Below, piece by piece: positions 9,348 to 22,053 of a DNA stretch of 40,593 nt. Under the pieces are notes generated by a model that was not told the DNA's origin, did not search any database, and was given only the letters and a program-made list of their open reading frames with translations. The translations under genes and the position numbers were made by a program. Numbering within the stretch: the first letter of the stretch is position 1; each line of letters begins with the position of its first letter. Origin of the DNA: Coniocarpon cinnabarinum (lineage: Eukaryota); the NCBI GenBank assembly GCA_051942205.1, contig JAVECO010000196.1:1-40593 (forward strand), given 5' to 3'.

Positions 9348-10999
9348 CTATCCGCCGTCGCCAGTCTTCGGCCCTCCCCTCGTTAAAAGCCCCGTATTCA
9401 CTCTACCCCTCAAAGCCGGTACACGACTCGCAAATCCACCACTACTGCCATCACTTTCGCTCAAGTTCGACACGCCCGCACCGGCATCATCCCTCGTCCT
9501 GCTCTGTCTTAGTTCCGTCAAATCTTCTTTCGAGTTTCTCTTCTCGTCTCGGCTTGACGTCCCGGTGGGAAGTGCATTAGTCGATGTCTCGTCGAATCGT
9601 GCACGCGATTGCTCAGTCATGGAAGGTCGGTTGGTGGCTACGCAAGTAGCGGTCGGTGGGGCGCATGAGGTCGTGGATGCAGATGCGGAAGTTGCGGCGG
9701 CGGCTTCAGCTTTGGCGGCAGCGTTGGAAGAATGGAGGAGATTCTTGAGGGAGGAGAAGGGTGAGGATTGGTGAGTGAAGGGCAAGCCGGTGATGTTGTG
9801 GGTTTCGATGTCACGGTTGTGACGGTCTTGGCTGTTTGATGTCAGCTGTGGTTGTTGAACCTGGATGGTATGCCCTCGTAAGGATGATGTAGACGGGAAT
9901 GGATGGCGCAGCGATGAGAGGGGCAAGGTGGAAGGATGTAGTGAAGGGATAGCTTTGAGGATGTTGGCTTGTCCTACAGTGAAGGCATGAAGTGTTGCGA
10001 AGACGAGACGACGTCGCGATGTATGAAGTGTGCGTCACACCGTGAACGAAAGCTAGACGGTTTAGAGCCAAGGTGTGCAAGCCATAGTGGATGTGAATAA
10101 GAAGCCATTGAAAGCGAACTTACTTGTTCTTTCGTCTCCAGACGGAGTAGCCAAAGAGAAGTAATACTAGCAATCCTCCAACGAGCGATCCAATAACAAT
10201 GCCAGCTTTGGCGCCTTCAGAGAGACCATGGTGTTCAGACGGTGGCAGAGGCAGGGGTGCAGGACTGCTCGAGGAGGTTGAGGAGGCGGATTTGGTTTCG
10301 TTGGTGTCCTTGGGGTCGCGAAGTAATGCGAATGGTGGAGTGGCGTTGAAGTTTGAAGCTGAGGTGATGAGCAGGAAGAGACAAGGCCCGGTGGTAGTCA
10401 CGCCTGGATCGTTGACATCTGAGATTGAGAGGACGGGCAGAGGAGCGTAGTGCGTCGGATCTAAGAGTCCTTGTCAGTTCGCTTGCGAGGTTGAAAACCA
10501 ACATATTGAGTTCTGCCGAGAGACTACGATGATGGTGCAGGAATAAAGGGTGGCTATTGGGTGAGGGCAGGCACGGAGGTGACGAGTTTGCGTTTCGCGA
10601 TGAGAGGAAGAACACTCAACGAGCTGGATGAGTTCGGCGATGGATGGGAAGGCTTACCTTGTGGAATCCAAGCAAACGATCCAGTGGTGCCAGTAATGTT
10701 GACATTGCCTGCAGGGTTTAGCACACTTCAACTTTGCAGAAGGAGAGACTTGTTCTACCATCCAAGAGCTGCACTATCTGCGCGTTGCTGGCGTCGTTAG
10801 GATAATCTGGTTGCGGAGAGCAAGCTCGAAGTGAAATCTCAAGTGGGCTCGTGCAGCCAGACGCGCAGGTCAAGTTGAGATCAATGGGGTTGGTAGCAGC
10901 CGTCGTGTTATAGTAAGCAGTTGGGGCGCCCTCTTGACCTGGATAGGAAGCAAAGTAAGGACCTGCATCTGGCGTACTGGCGTTGCTGAGGTTAGCCAT
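9348..10999 (-). CDS. Single-pass membrane protein (Mid2/SKG6-like TM segment); complement(join(9348..9831,10124..10460,10658..10708,10759..10999))
   Basis: Three introns with branch sites give one continuous frame. S/T/P/N-rich ectodomain with sequons (NLS, NAS, NTT, NLT, NIT, NET), then LSEGAKAGIVIGSLVGGLLVLLLFGYSVWRRK and a disordered tail. Confidence 0.75.
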
Positions 11000-13454
11000 G
11001 CCGCCAACTCGCAACCGTCCGAGGACCCGATGAGCGACGAAGGACTTTGACGAGTCAAGGGAAGGATGTGGATAAGGAAAGAGGATGAGAGTAGTGCGGC
11101 GCACTGTCAAGACTGCTTAATGCAACACAGCAGAGGGAGAAAGGACAGACGACTGAACACGGCCGTAGGGTATCAGTCGGGTTATGTGTACGCAAGCTCT
11201 GAAACGCAGAAAGGCGCCAACCGTGCACGTTGTCACGCCTCATCGCCGAAGAGGAAACGCTCAATTGCAGCCAAGCGGACATAGGCGTAGAATATCATGC
11301 CCGCGACGTAGGGTGGCAGTATTGGCAAGAGACAGGAAAGAAGCGTCATGGCTGTTCTGCTGCGATAACGAGAGGAAGGGAAAGGACGTCTTGCGAGACG
11401 TGTTTTGAGAGCGCACGGCGCGTTCTCTATGGTGTATGACCATGTGAGATTCCCTGTGGAGAAATAAATCATGAGGCCACGGTGGTGCCATTTGAGACTT
11501 TACAGTTTGGGAATACCTGGCAGGTTCACGTTGTGAGGGTGCGATCGCAGATTCATCTGGGGCCGGCTGGAGTGGACACGTTGTGAAGAGCTGCGGTTCC
11601 TGACCCAGCCATCTTGGGCTACTTTTCTCCATCGACGAGCAGGGTCCGTACAGAACAGTCACTGAAGGCGAGTACGTGCGAGTTAATGTCGGGAAACACA
11701 GATAGGACGGCCGACCGGCCAAAGTCGCTGCGTGATAAGTGTCGAAGACGGAGTTGGCCCTCGGGCCCCGCAAGTGGCTGGTAAGATCAGCAGGCACGAA
11801 GGACGGATGTAGAAAGCGTATAGCGAGACGTGTGGGCGGTATCTGGAGCCGAGGGTTTTATTCAGCGTCGAAAGCCTGCCGTAAGGTCCCTGGTGCTCTA
11901 TCTGCTAAGCTATCACGGCTATGTGAAAATCATGATTGTACACTGCGTATGGTGGCCGCCTGGGTAAACGAAATGATGCCTTAAATAAAAGTGACACGGC
12001 TCAGCTAGCTTGCGAGCCCTCCAGGGTGCCACAAAGCTGCTACTGTGCTCAGCACTGGTATGTATGGCCACTGTGTAGTTTGTCTACGATTCCGTGGCAT
12101 AACGAGGCTCGAAGAGCGGCTGGAAAGTCGGCGTCGGAGCTTGAAGCTCGATGTCTGATGCTCCCGACACCGAGACATACAGGCATTTGCTATCTGTTAC
12201 GCGAGGCCATGCATAATTGCGGACCGAACGATTACGGCCTGAAACAGACTTATTTTTACCTGTACCACGTAATTCATAGCTGTCTTGCTTGTTTTAGTCG
12301 CTTCAACATTCTGCTGTTTCCCGATGGGCCGAGCGGCAATGCCACTTTGAGGTCAGACACGCACTGAAGGATCTGCTTTTGTGGCTGCCGTGAATTACGG
12401 TGAAGAGTTGGCTAGTGCTGAAGCTACCGCAGACAATATGCTATGCTTCAGAATCGTCTACGACGGATGGATCTGGACTCATGCGCTGACGATGCCGGTC
12501 CACGTGCTCGCACTGATCCCGACAGCACTGACAGCCCAAAACTTTCACTGTTCGTAGTGTCAAGAGATTTGGTGTGCCGCTTGTTTATGAGTAGTCCAGG
12601 ACGAAATCATGGGCGACGTCTGTTTTCGATGCAATAGTTGGAGAAGGAAGTCATCTCCCATGCGTCTTACAAATGCGCTCCCCAAGCTCACCAGCTGTTG
12701 AAGAACTCTTCAATTCCTTTCCGTGCCGGCTCAAACATGTCTTTGCGGTTCCTCGCGCACTCTGGTCACGTGCGCAAGCGCCGTATCTTAATCGATGTAT
12801 TTTGCGATCTCGAAGTTCCATGACTTCGGCAGCATGCGCTTCACTCGTTTGAATATTCACGCAAACAGAACGAGTCGTGCCAAAGTTTTACGTCCTGCAT
12901 GCATGGTGACGCAGGTATACGCGTGAATTCAAAGACTCAGATGAGAAATACTGCAATCATCTGAGACAGACCCACGTATCATCACCGCCATTTGTGAACC
13001 CAGAGGATTCTCACGAGATAGGTTGCGGCCATGCGTGAAATGCGAGTAGGTCCTCAGCTCGGGCAGGGATCAGAGTTTCATGACAAGAGTCACTCACGCC
13101 AACGGCGTCTCGAATAAATTGAGGGTGTGCCAAGCGAGCGCCTTCGCACCGATAGAGCACAAATTCTCGGGGTAGTTGACGGCGTGATTGCAACCGAGGT
13201 TGATGGACTGTGGAGGTAGATCTGCGCCAGGGCAAGCTAGTCTCGTTGGATTCACAAGGGTGTAGGTATGGACGATAAGAGATTGGTTGATGCCAATGGG
13301 GTGTGGAAGGCGATGCGTTGTTCCCATAGGAGAACCCTGCCCTGATCGTCGATCATGCTAGTGGGGCATTTTTGAGCCGCATGACAGCACCGGGTTTAAG
13401 ATGTCCAATGGATAACCGTGTCAGTCTCTTCTGACTATTGACACGTAGCGCACA

Positions 13455-14354
13455 ATGGCGATCCGTCAAGTTGCTATCATCGGCGCAAGTGGCACCCTGG
13501 GTCCTGCAGTGCTCGAGGCTCTGGTGCGTGCTGATTGTTTCACGATCAAAGTACTGGCCCGACAGTCTTCCAGCGCCACCTTTCCGTCGGTGTCCCAAAC
13601 AGTCAGAATCCCCGACGACGGAGGCAATGAAGATCAAATTGCATCTGCGTTGCAAGGCGCTGATGCTCTAGTCGTCACTATGCCCGCTAAGCGATCTGAG
13701 GACATGGCTCGCTTGGCTAACGCATGTATCAAAGCGGGTGTGCGACGGATGATCCCCGCGGATTTCGGAAGCGTTGATTCCACCGATACGAGATGCTTGG
13801 ATCTCGTGCCGCTCTATGGAGAAAAGACGAAAGCGCGAGAGTATCTGCAGAGGCTATCATCTGAGAACGGCTCTTTTACTTGGACGAGTCTAGTTTGTGG
13901 GCATTTTTTCGACCATGGCCTGTCAGATGAACTTCTTGGTTTCAATTTGAAATTGCGTACCGCTACGATCTTTGGCGATGGAAACGTAAAATGGTGCACC
14001 AGCACCCTTTCTCATATTGGTGAGGCTGTGGTGAAGATTTTGCAGAAAGAAGATGCTACGATAAATCAGATGATGTACATGCAATCGTTTTACATCAGTC
14101 AAAACGAACTACTTGCAACGTTGGAAAATGTGTCCGGCGAGAAGTTCAAATGCAGTAAGGTCGATGCTGAAGAGTACATAAGGACCCAGAAACAGCAAAT
14201 GGATGCCGGCAATCCTAACTCTGTTGAACGACTTGTGAGTGTGCTCGGTATCACACGTGGAGACTGGCATAACAAAGTAGCCAATGACCTCCTCGAACTG
14301 TCAATTAAGAATCCTGAAGCAACAATCGGGGAACAATGGTTAAGGCAAAGCTAA
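13455..14354 (+). CDS. NmrA-like / isoflavone reductase family NAD(P)-binding protein
   Basis: Rossmann motif VAIIGASGTLG; AGVRRMIPADFG; WTSLVCGHFFD; 299 aa, intronless. Confidence 0.92.
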   Translation: MAIRQVAIIGASGTLGPAVLEALVRADCFTIKVLARQSSSATFPSVSQTVRIPDDGGNEDQIASALQGADALVVTMPAKRSEDMARLANACIKAGVRRMIPADFGSVDSTDTRCLDLVPLYGEKTKAREYLQRLSSENGSFTWTSLVCGHFFDHGLSDELLGFNLKLRTATIFGDGNVKWCTSTLSHIGEAVVKILQKEDATINQMMYMQSFYISQNELLATLENVSGEKFKCSKVDAEEYIRTQKQQMDAGNPNSVERLVSVLGITRGDWHNKVANDLLELSIKNPEATIGEQWLRQS

Positions 14355-16125
14355 ATCACGGCTCTCAGTGTGGCACCTAGCGAATGAGATTGGCACAATC
14401 GACTGCAGAATGCAGGGGACGAAGATGCCGTCACCGGATAAGGCACCCGTTTGCCTTCGCGCACCATGCCCTCGCGCAAGTGGATCAATAGTGTGCGCGT
14501 AGCGCTCGTGACGCAAGCATCCAATTGGCGCGACATCTGTGCCGAAATTTTTGATTCATTTCGAAGGACTCCTTCAGGATGTTATGACAAGACAATGGTA
14601 CATTTCGCGTGGTGAGAGATCGGTCCAAAAGGTGCTGCTTTTGCCAAAGGCTGCAACTCCCTTGCGTAAAGAAGGGCTTTTGACAGTTATGCATGCATGC
14701 AGTGGTAGCTTCATTGCCATGGACGTCATCCTTTTGACTAAGCCCCTGTAACACAAGGCAGCCAGCAAGGCAACTTCTGCCTCCATTCAGAAACCCCAAA
14801 ATACCGGCACAGCAGGCGCTTGCAGTCGGCTACAGTCGGCTAGGATGTGTCGTGAGGCTGTATGCTGACCTGTCAGGTTCCCTTGGCCGCTGGGAATAGT
14901 ACGACTTGGTTTAAACAGCTCGAATCCTACATTCAGCTTCATTTACCGCATGTGGGGTCATTCGCTATCCGTCAAGAATGTATTCTTGAATCCCTCTCCA
15001 CTCTACAATTAGCCAAGAGGACTCGGCTGATAGCCATTCAATTTAAGGATCTGTCATGTCCACGTCGCCCTCAGCACGGCACAAGCTTCCTCGCTCTCCG
15101 CGGGCGGCATGAAGCGCTACAACACGGCTTTCTTGACTATCATTACCGAATTCAACATTCAAAGGCCCTATATCGCTGGCTCTTCCGCGAGCTGCATCGG
15201 ACTATTTGTTTAGTTGAGTCAGCAACGAACCCAACAAAATGCTGCAGCCTTATCCGCGCAGAGGGCCAGACAATCTAGTGAGTAGGTCTGCACATTCACC
15301 TTGATCCAAACTTACATAACGTAAATCTATAGCATCTAATTCGCGCGAAGGTCACACGCAATCCGTGGCTGTGCCGCATGGCGATTTTTGTCAGCCAATT
15401 CGCCTTGTATAGAAGCCAAGGAGTTGCATATCAAACAAAAGATTTCGTCTCTTCACGCATCTTCCTGTCGTATTTGTTTCCTTGACGAGGACGTACTCTT
15501 ACAACCCCAATCACCTGCCGTCGTTTCAGAGGCGCGGATCACTTCAGTCTTCGCACCAAAATAATTCTGGCAGCTATACAAAGACGGTAAATCAAGGGAG
15601 CGCATAAGTCATTTCGTTGATGAATCTGCACACAGCCCCTCGGAATGATGTCCCCGTTGTGGACCCCACGGCGGGAATGGATCTCCATCGCTGCTTGCAA
15701 TAGCTCGCGCTCGCTCCACTGAATATTTTGGGCCATACTGAAAAGGATTTGACCCAGAATGAAGATCTACATCGAAACAACGGCTGGTGTGATTAGCCAA
15801 ACACTACGCTTGCATTCAGTCTGAAGACAACACGGCTCAGCTTTTGCAACATCAAACAGAATGAGTATTTGCAATTGTCATTATTGAAAGCTATCGCTGT
15901 CTACTTAAGATCTCTGAGAGAATGATTCATGGTCGTCTCTTCGACAAGACAGCCAACGACCACATCGTCTCTGAAGCAAGGCAAAGACCAGAGAACCTTG
16001 ACGACTCATTCAAACAAAAAAGCAAGCTCATCGTGCTGTTCATTTGCCGAACCAGTCAACGTTCTCTCGAATCTCACCAACCCCCATCCAAGACACGCCG
16101 CACACGCCGCCGGCCAACGCTCAAG

Positions 16126-16482
16126 ATGCCCAACAAACAAGCAACGACCTATGGATACTCATTCGACTCCCTTCAACGTCGCCCTGCAACGGCTTTGGGC
16201 TCGCAGTGCCCTTCGGTCATTACGAGTCCGACTCAGTGGTTTTGCTGTCATTGCAAGAATGGTCCGTATGACGTGGCAAATAATGTATGTTTTCACAGTC
16301 TTGGTCAAAAAATGTAGGGAACTGAGGATATCATTTCGCTCGTTCATGATCTCAAGATGGACGCGCTGTTTGCTAATTGACAATTGAAACAGGATCGTTG
16401 TGTTGAGACAAATTGCCAGCACGTGAAATGCAGTTCGTGCAACGAGGAAGACCACGACTTGATGGAAAATCCACCTTACTAA
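16126..16482 (+). CDS. 82-aa Cys/His-rich zinc-ribbon-like microprotein; join(16126..16284,16393..16482)
   Basis: Intron 16285-16392 (GTATGT..GCTAAT..CAG), phase 0. The spliced product contains WFCCHCKNGPYDVANN-DRCVETNCQHVKCSSC. An in-frame upstream ATG at 15922 is possible. Confidence 0.75.
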
Positions 16483-18715
16483 AGTGCGTCATCGTGTATC
16501 TTGCATCGGCCAAAACGAGCTTCGCCAACGCAAAGATTCTCTTTGGGTGGATACGGTCTCTCAGGCCACCAACACCATTGTGCGCGCAGGGACGATGCAA
16601 GGGCCAATGCACGGCGTACTCATGGCAGGCACGTGGGCAGGAGGCACGTAGATCTTGGCGGGACGTTTCTTTTAGACACAACGGCATAGTGTGGGTCTCG
16701 TGTTGCTTGTACTCATCATCTTGGGCGCCCGGTTTGCCCGGGTAACTCGGACACTAGCTCTCATTTTTTTCCGCAGAAGGATTGGTCGTCGTAAATTGAT
16801 ATGGCGTACTGGGTTACATCTCGCGCCGCACCTGGTGTTTTAAGTCACAATGATAGATATTTCGCACACTTTGCAATCTTCTGAAAGTGACTTTGTCATG
16901 TAGGTACCTAGGAGCCGAGCTTTGTGCAGCTTCAGGCAGGCAACACAAGCGCTTAGACTTGCCCTGCCGTTTCTGCCCGCCTTGTTCAGCGTCTCGAGCG
17001 ATGCACGCTTCGCGACTGTTTGAAACCCATCACTGCCGCTAGATGGTAAGCCAGCCCTTGCCGGTCGCCCCTCTGTGCCAGACAGCTGGTCGCCGAGAAA
17101 TGCCACTCCAGACGGGGGCTCGCTCAGCTAGTCAGCCGTATTAAGGAAGCTGACGTTCCAGCGCAGTGGCAGCCCGCCGCCGGATAAGACCGACTCGACA
17201 GCAGCACGTTTTCTCGCTCGCTGACTGCCTGTTTCGGCCTAGAGTATACACTTGGTGAGAGTTTGGAGACGTGAGAAGACTACACTTGATCCTGCTCCTC
17301 TTCCCATCCGCTCCTGACATGGCTCCGCTGCCTCATTGCTCTGCTTACCTCGACGCCCTGTCTCATGTGTCTGGCTCCGGTCCGTCGTTGATCGTTTCAG
17401 TTTTCTCACGACTCGGGGATCTGCGTTAGCGGCCAGAGTGTGACACACTCGTGGAGACCACCGAGGACGTGGCTGAGTGTCAGGCAAATCGGAGCGGCCT
17501 TCTGATCATTCGCTGGATCGTTTCGTGGTCCTTTGATGATTGCGTTGCACTCAAGATTGCTTGGCCATCAGCTGCGCTGTTCAACACACTCAGCACACCT
17601 CCACATGACGGCTCCCGTGCTAGGCCTCGAGCCTGACAACGCCCTCTCCACTCTCCAAAAAATCACCAGCAGTGTTTTCACAAGCACAGCTCGCCCTGAT
17701 CATGGCCCTTTGCGGTATGATTCGCCACTTGCGAGCCCAGCACGAGGCTCGATGACGGCGTCGGGGTGCCTTCCTGTCCACCCCTGCACCATCTGCCCTC
17801 AACTCGCCTGATTTGACGTTGCCGACTAACCTTTTCTCAGGGTATAACAAGCACGTTCTTCCGCAACCGGCTGCTCGTTCTGTTCATTGACCTTTACCTG
17901 CCCATCGGTCTCGCCGCCGACAGTGCACTGCCTCGCTAGCAGCCTCTCCTATCATCTTTGGAGCAAGTAAGAGAAAGCAATCACTTCCAAAGCAAACATC
18001 TATGCTGTTTAGCAACACGTGGCGGTCGTATCTGCACAGTGGGACATGGTTACCGCAAATGGCTGCGCACGGACATTCTTTGAAGCCAAAACTTTCGATT
18101 GACAGCCAATCTGCGCCTGTGAGCCTTTCTGGGCTTTGAGGGCTTCTGAAAGTGTGGAAGAAGCCTCCGCCGCTATGTTGCCTAGGTTGCCTGCCCAGCA
18201 AACGTGACCACCATGACAACATGGGCAGTGCAGCAAGGATCCCGCAAAGGGGCCGAATCGCGAGTGTCGGTTCTGAATGATGGCTGCTCATCCTCCCGTC
18301 CAATGTAGCATTACGTGTCAGGAACGTAGCAAACCGGATGAGAGTCTCAAACTTCCGGAATCTTCGCTCTCTCTGATGCTGCGACGCGACGGGATATGCT
18401 GCGCCAATGCGCCTAACAGCACCATAATCCATAATCAGGCTCTCTTCTAAGCTGTCCATCAGCGATTGGATGGAGACTTAGGCCCACAAAGTGGCTGGGG
18501 GGGATCCACCCCGTGCACGCTGGTCGCATGATGCTGCTTTCTCTCCGATGTCTTTGAAGAGGTCGACAGCTATAAGAGTCTTTGACGTTAGCCAGGTCTG
18601 TCCATTCTTTCAAAGCATATCATCGCTATTCGTCGTTGCATACTCTTAATCCTTTGATTCAATCCCAGAGAAAAATTTTGGACTCTTTTCAGTATTTAGT
18701 CATTCTGCATCCATC

Positions 18716-19015
18716 ATGCCTTGGACGTGTTCATTCTGTTCTTTCAGAAACAGCAAAGATCTGGACGCTGCTTGTGCGAACTGTGGTAAATGGGGCAAAA
18801 ACGCCGAATCGCAGTCACCTACGGCCACTTGTGCCTGGTGGGAATTGTTATGGCTGACAGAACCCCTGAGTGTTGACTACGCTCCGAAATTCGATCAGAA
18901 GGTTGCACGACATTTCCATTTTCCTGAGGGTCGTCGCGTAATCGGTACTGAACAGAACCATATCGACAAAGGTTCCATGCTAGACAACCATGTTTACGGT
19001 CGCAAATATGACTGA
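18716..19015 (+). CDS. Small protein with N-terminal RanBP2/NZF-type zinc finger (3' structure uncertain)
   Basis: MPWTCSFCSFRNSKDLDAACANCG fits W-x-C-x2-C-x3-N-x6/7-C-x2-C; good start context CATCATGC. Confidence 0.5.
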   Translation: MPWTCSFCSFRNSKDLDAACANCGKWGKNAESQSPTATCAWWELLWLTEPLSVDYAPKFDQKVARHFHFPEGRRVIGTEQNHIDKGSMLDNHVYGRKYD

Positions 19016-20464
19016 AAAGTCCTTCAACACCGGACCAGGCGTTCGATGACGATTTAGATGTAAGCAACTAGCCCCAGAGGTCCAATATAACTTACACTGA
19101 CGGTGTATAAAAGGGCTTGGAAAGTCGTATGCAATCAATGAACGTTGAAATAAAGTTTCTCAATATACGTCTCGGCCCCAGCCCCAGGCAATTAACATGT
19201 TGGTGGACACAGCTTCTATCGAACACCTGGATCAGATCGAGTCAGGCTACTCGGCCCAAGCTTTACATTTGACGCAACTTGCCGAGACGCTACGCCTCGA
19301 GCAAGCATGTATCTCCCGGTATCTCATTTGAAACTCCATATCCCTGGTGGATGGACAACCTCCTGGATCCGTACTGTCAGTGGTGCGACTGCGAACAACA
19401 ATGACATGAACTGGCAGCTTCAACTGAGCAGGGGCGAAGACAAGGTGTCTTCTGTGCTAGAAGATTGAGTTCAGTCAGCTATCGCTGACGAGCCGGTTGA
19501 CGCTTGGTTTGATTGATGGCAGCGAGGAGGCAGAGGGTCAAGATACAATCAGAGGGTGCTGTTCGACAAAGCAATACACCAACGGACCCCTGATCCCCAT
19601 TCAGAAGATTTCATTGGTCACCACAGTCATTTTTTCTCCGACACAACCCTGGAAAGCTGGCATTAGCCCCGCGTTGCGAGCTCCAGATATTCTCCGATGG
19701 ACAACGTTTCTGTCTCAATCTCCGTGATATTCCAGTCATTTGAGCACCAACATTGGAGCACGGTCCATCGGGTAGAGTTCCGCGGAGACCTGACCGGTAC
19801 TTTGCTCAACTCTGCATAGCCGCCGTAGTGTTGAGGACCGCACTGTCGATAGCCTTGGCGGGGGTGCGAACCACTTTCTTCCTGGAACAGCATCATTTGC
19901 CAGTCAAACTCGTTGCAAGAGGATCTGAAGATGTATATTGCGTGTTGGTCTTGGCATGATCTTGGAAATAGGGGTACAGTGGTGCTCTCATTCGACACTG
20001 ATCGACCACATGCGCATACATTTTGCTTAGGACTTCGCTCCTGGTGTTCAGGTCGAGAGGAAATGACTTTTCGTGAGCTGTTCTGAGACTAAACACATAG
20101 CTTACGCCTTACTGCCGATCGTGATGGCCCTGAGGCACTATTCCCCCGGCGCTCAACCTGGGACAGCACACCTTTCGCAGGATCGCCGGACTAGGCACGT
20201 ATTTCATCAATGCATCTCAGCCAGTGTTATGTTGCTATTTCGTAGTCTCAAACTCTACTCACAGATTCTGCGTGCATTATGCCTGCCCCTCAATTTCAAG
20301 CGTTGCAGCCTCGAAGTCCAGAGACCTCACGCCCTCATCTTAAGACAATACACTTTTTACATCACTGCCATACAATTTCGAGGATACCCTCTTTTCCTAC
20401 CACATCCCTCTTTGTCTATTTCCTCACTACCTCCTTTCACGCGATTTTCCCTCTCGACCCCTTC

Positions 20465-21948
20465 TCAACCAAGTGGTTTCCCTAATCCGCTGCCCCCCTC
20501 AGTCCGCAACACCATCCCTGTGAAGTTGTAATCGCACATGCAGCAGCGATAACTCTCCGCCACGTCTTCGGGGTGTCCCATTGACTTCAGGGGAAGCTGT
20601 TGACTGATGTTGGATTTGAGACCGGCTACCTGTTCAGAACTGGCCATCGTTAGCTCATATCCAACGAGGAGCGTGGACGCTCGACGTGCGTTCGAAACAC
20701 AACGACTTAGGGACGATCAGGGGAGAAACGTGGAACAGGCCAGTGGGGAGATGGTGGCGGGTGGGTGTCACCCCAACCAACATGAGATGGCGGAGTGATG
20801 CAACAACCCAACGAATGCAAAACGGACATTGACGACCCCAAAACAGAGCAAGCAGAAAGAACAGGCTCGACGCGTGGGAGAAGTGTGGAGACGAAAAAGC
20901 GAGGACACGAACGCGGAAGTAGACAACGTACCTCATTCCCATCTTGCCCCAGAGCTCCGTATCAATGGCACCGGGACTGACGACATTCACGCGGACCGGC
21001 GCCGTCACCAACGCCAGGTTCTTAACAAGAGCGATGACTCCTCCGGCTGAGACGGAGCGTATATGCCAATTCGGCTGGGGCTGTTCGATATCAGCTTCAC
21101 TCGTGATCCCCCATCTCTCCTCAAAAGGACAAACCCGGAAAGGGGTGATGAAAAGGGAAAGCATCAGCGCAAGAGGCCAAAGGAGGAACTCACCCCGACA
21201 TCCACATTTCCCCCCGTAACCGTGATGCTGCACCCCCGTCCCCCCTTCAAATACTTCAACCCCTCTCCATCTCCCTCTTTCTTCGCCACCGCCAGCTTAA
21301 CCAGCAAGGCGATTCCCGCGTTCCTCACGATGCCGGCTTCGAAATCAGCCGCCGTCGTCTGATCCAACGGCTTGAGATTGCCACCCGGTGCAGCAGCCGT
21401 GTGAACAATGTGATCGAGCTTCTGAGAGCCATTGTCTGTTGCAAAGTCGAGGAGGGATTTCAGGTTACTTTCGACCTGGTGGAGGGAGGAGAGGTCGCAG
21501 GTTGTGCCTGACAGCGTCGTGCCGCTCTTCTTGGCGAGGTCGGTGGTAATCAGGTTGGGATAGAGACTTTGCAAGCGGCTGATTGCGTTCTCGATACTTT
21601 GAGTCTTGGAGGACGCGAGGACGACGCTTGAGGCGTGGGATTCGATGAGGAGGCGGGCGACGGAGAAGCCTGGGATGTTAGAGGGAGGGATGTCACGTGA
21701 GGCTATATGAAGTGAGGTGAGGTGGTGGGAGAAGAGGCAAGAGGGGAAGAGGGGAGAAAGGAAGGGCGTGGAGTTGGGATAACAGCTTGGGTGTGATAGT
21801 GTGGGTACGACAGCTTGGGCGCGATTGCTTTGAGAGGGAGTTGTGACGATAATGACGGAGCGAGTTGCATACCTAAGCCTGATGTACCGCCCAGTACAAG
21901 GACACGAGCTCCTTGAAGCTTATTGAATTGGAGTTGATCTTGCGCCAT
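20465..21948 (-). CDS. Short-chain dehydrogenase/reductase (atypical active site); complement(join(20465..20639,20932..21080,21194..21669,21873..21948))
   Basis: Three canonical introns restore the frame. Motifs VLVLGGTSGLG, LDHIVHTAA, PVRVNVVSPGAIDTELW, GHPEDVAESY and TGMVLRTEGG. Confidence 0.9.
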
Positions 21949-22045
21949 GCTGATCCAGTAATTTGAAGTACGACTAATAGATTCCCTATTGAACACTTCC
22001 GGACAACAATGACTGAACAGCCAAGACGGAAGCACCACAGAAGCC

Positions 22046-22053
22046 TTATATAT
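22046..22053 (-). promoter_or_regulatory. Putative TATA box of SDR gene
   Basis: ATATATAA on the minus strand about 100 nt upstream of ATG 21948. Confidence 0.4.

Noticed and set aside
11261..13327. Several 60-180 aa ORFs between the membrane protein and NmrA genes
   Set aside because: Mostly non-ATG starts, no motifs, and no consistent splice model found.
17884..18459. 191-aa minus-strand ORF
   Set aside because: Composition looks random and no domain was recognised. It cannot be excluded without RNA data.
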